Below, piece after piece: positions 63,594 to 64,000 of a stretch of 64,000 bases of DNA (positions within the stretch are counted from its first letter, which is position 1; each line of letters starts with the position of its first letter). The notes below the pieces were generated by a model. That model did no database searches. It was not told where the DNA came from and saw only the letters and a list, made by a program, of their open reading frames with translations. A program made the translations under genes and the position numbers. The DNA comes from an uncultured Eubacteriales bacterium (GTDB lineage: Bacteria > Bacillota > Clostridia > Lachnospirales > Lachnospiraceae): NCBI GenBank assembly GCA_949286525.1, contig CASECT010000046.1:1255-65254 (forward strand), given 5' to 3'.

Positions 63594-64000
63594 CTACACT
63601 TCCATAATAATCGGCATGATCATGGGGCGCCGCTGGGTCTCCTTCCAGACGAAATCGCCCAATGAGTCCTTGATCTCGTTCTTGATCTTTGTCCAGTCCG
63701 TAATATTTTTGTCCATACAGCGATCCATAGTATCGATCAGCACCGCACGGGCGCTCTCCATCAGATCCTCCGATCCGCGCACATAGACAAAGCCCCTGGA
63801 AACGATATCCGGTCCCGCAAGAACCTGCCCGGTTCCTGACTGCAGTGTGAGAACCACAATAATAATTCCATCCTCCGCCAGATGCTGACGGTCTCTCAAA
63901 ACGATATTTCCCACATCGCCAACGCCCAGACCATCCACCATAATAGCTCCGGTGTGCACTTTTCCGGTTACTTTGGCACTGTCCTCGCTTACCTCCAGCA
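63594..64000 (-). CDS. rnj: Ribonuclease J, C-terminal part (5' end outside window)
   Basis: VDGLGVGDVGNIVLRDRQHLAEDG, GPDIVSRGFVY, RRPMIMP. Confidence 0.93.
   Translation of the reverse strand, partial: LEVSEDSAKVTGKVHTGAIMVDGLGVGDVGNIVLRDRQHLAEDGIIIVVLTLQSGTGQVLAGPDIVSRGFVYVRGSEDLMESARAVLIDTMDRCMDKNITDWTKIKNEIKDSLGDFVWKETQRRPMIMPIIMEV

Overview
Core-chromosome segment of a spore-forming Clostridia bacterium, most likely Lachnospiraceae (inferred from gene content and order). It holds 58 CDS, mostly on the minus strand: amino-acid biosynthesis (thrC, leuCD, ilvNC, asd, argH, metA, aroKDEF/C), nitrogen assimilation (asnB-glnA type III, gltBD), the conserved nusB-xseAB-ispA-dxs-tlyA-nadK-argR-recN-spoIVB-spo0A block, recA-recX-rny, ligA, topB, tRNA-modification genes (tgt, queH, U32/TrmR-like). 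It also holds two tRNA genes (Thr-CGT, Arg-CCG). I saw no integrase, transposase, prophage or CRISPR array. Best leads: (1) a diguanylate cyclase whose membrane sensor resembles an ECF vitamin-binding S-component; (2) a dispersed 76-bp structured repeat with invariant stems, at the 3' ends of ldh and tgt (possibly a third copy after glnA), which supplies the ldh C-terminus and stop; (3) the NifU-like/GGGtGRT operon of unknown function with a Rex-like operator; (4) a structured ldh leader with a possible pseudoknot; (5) an ANTAR-type attenuator ahead of asnB-glnA; (6) a perfect 60-bp tandem repeat beside the 0A boxes upstream of spo0A; (7) a collapsed ABC-permease/histidine-kinase relic. All calls come from motif recognition by eye; no database searches were run. 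Where the ORF track over-extends, starts were moved to the RBS-supported codon.
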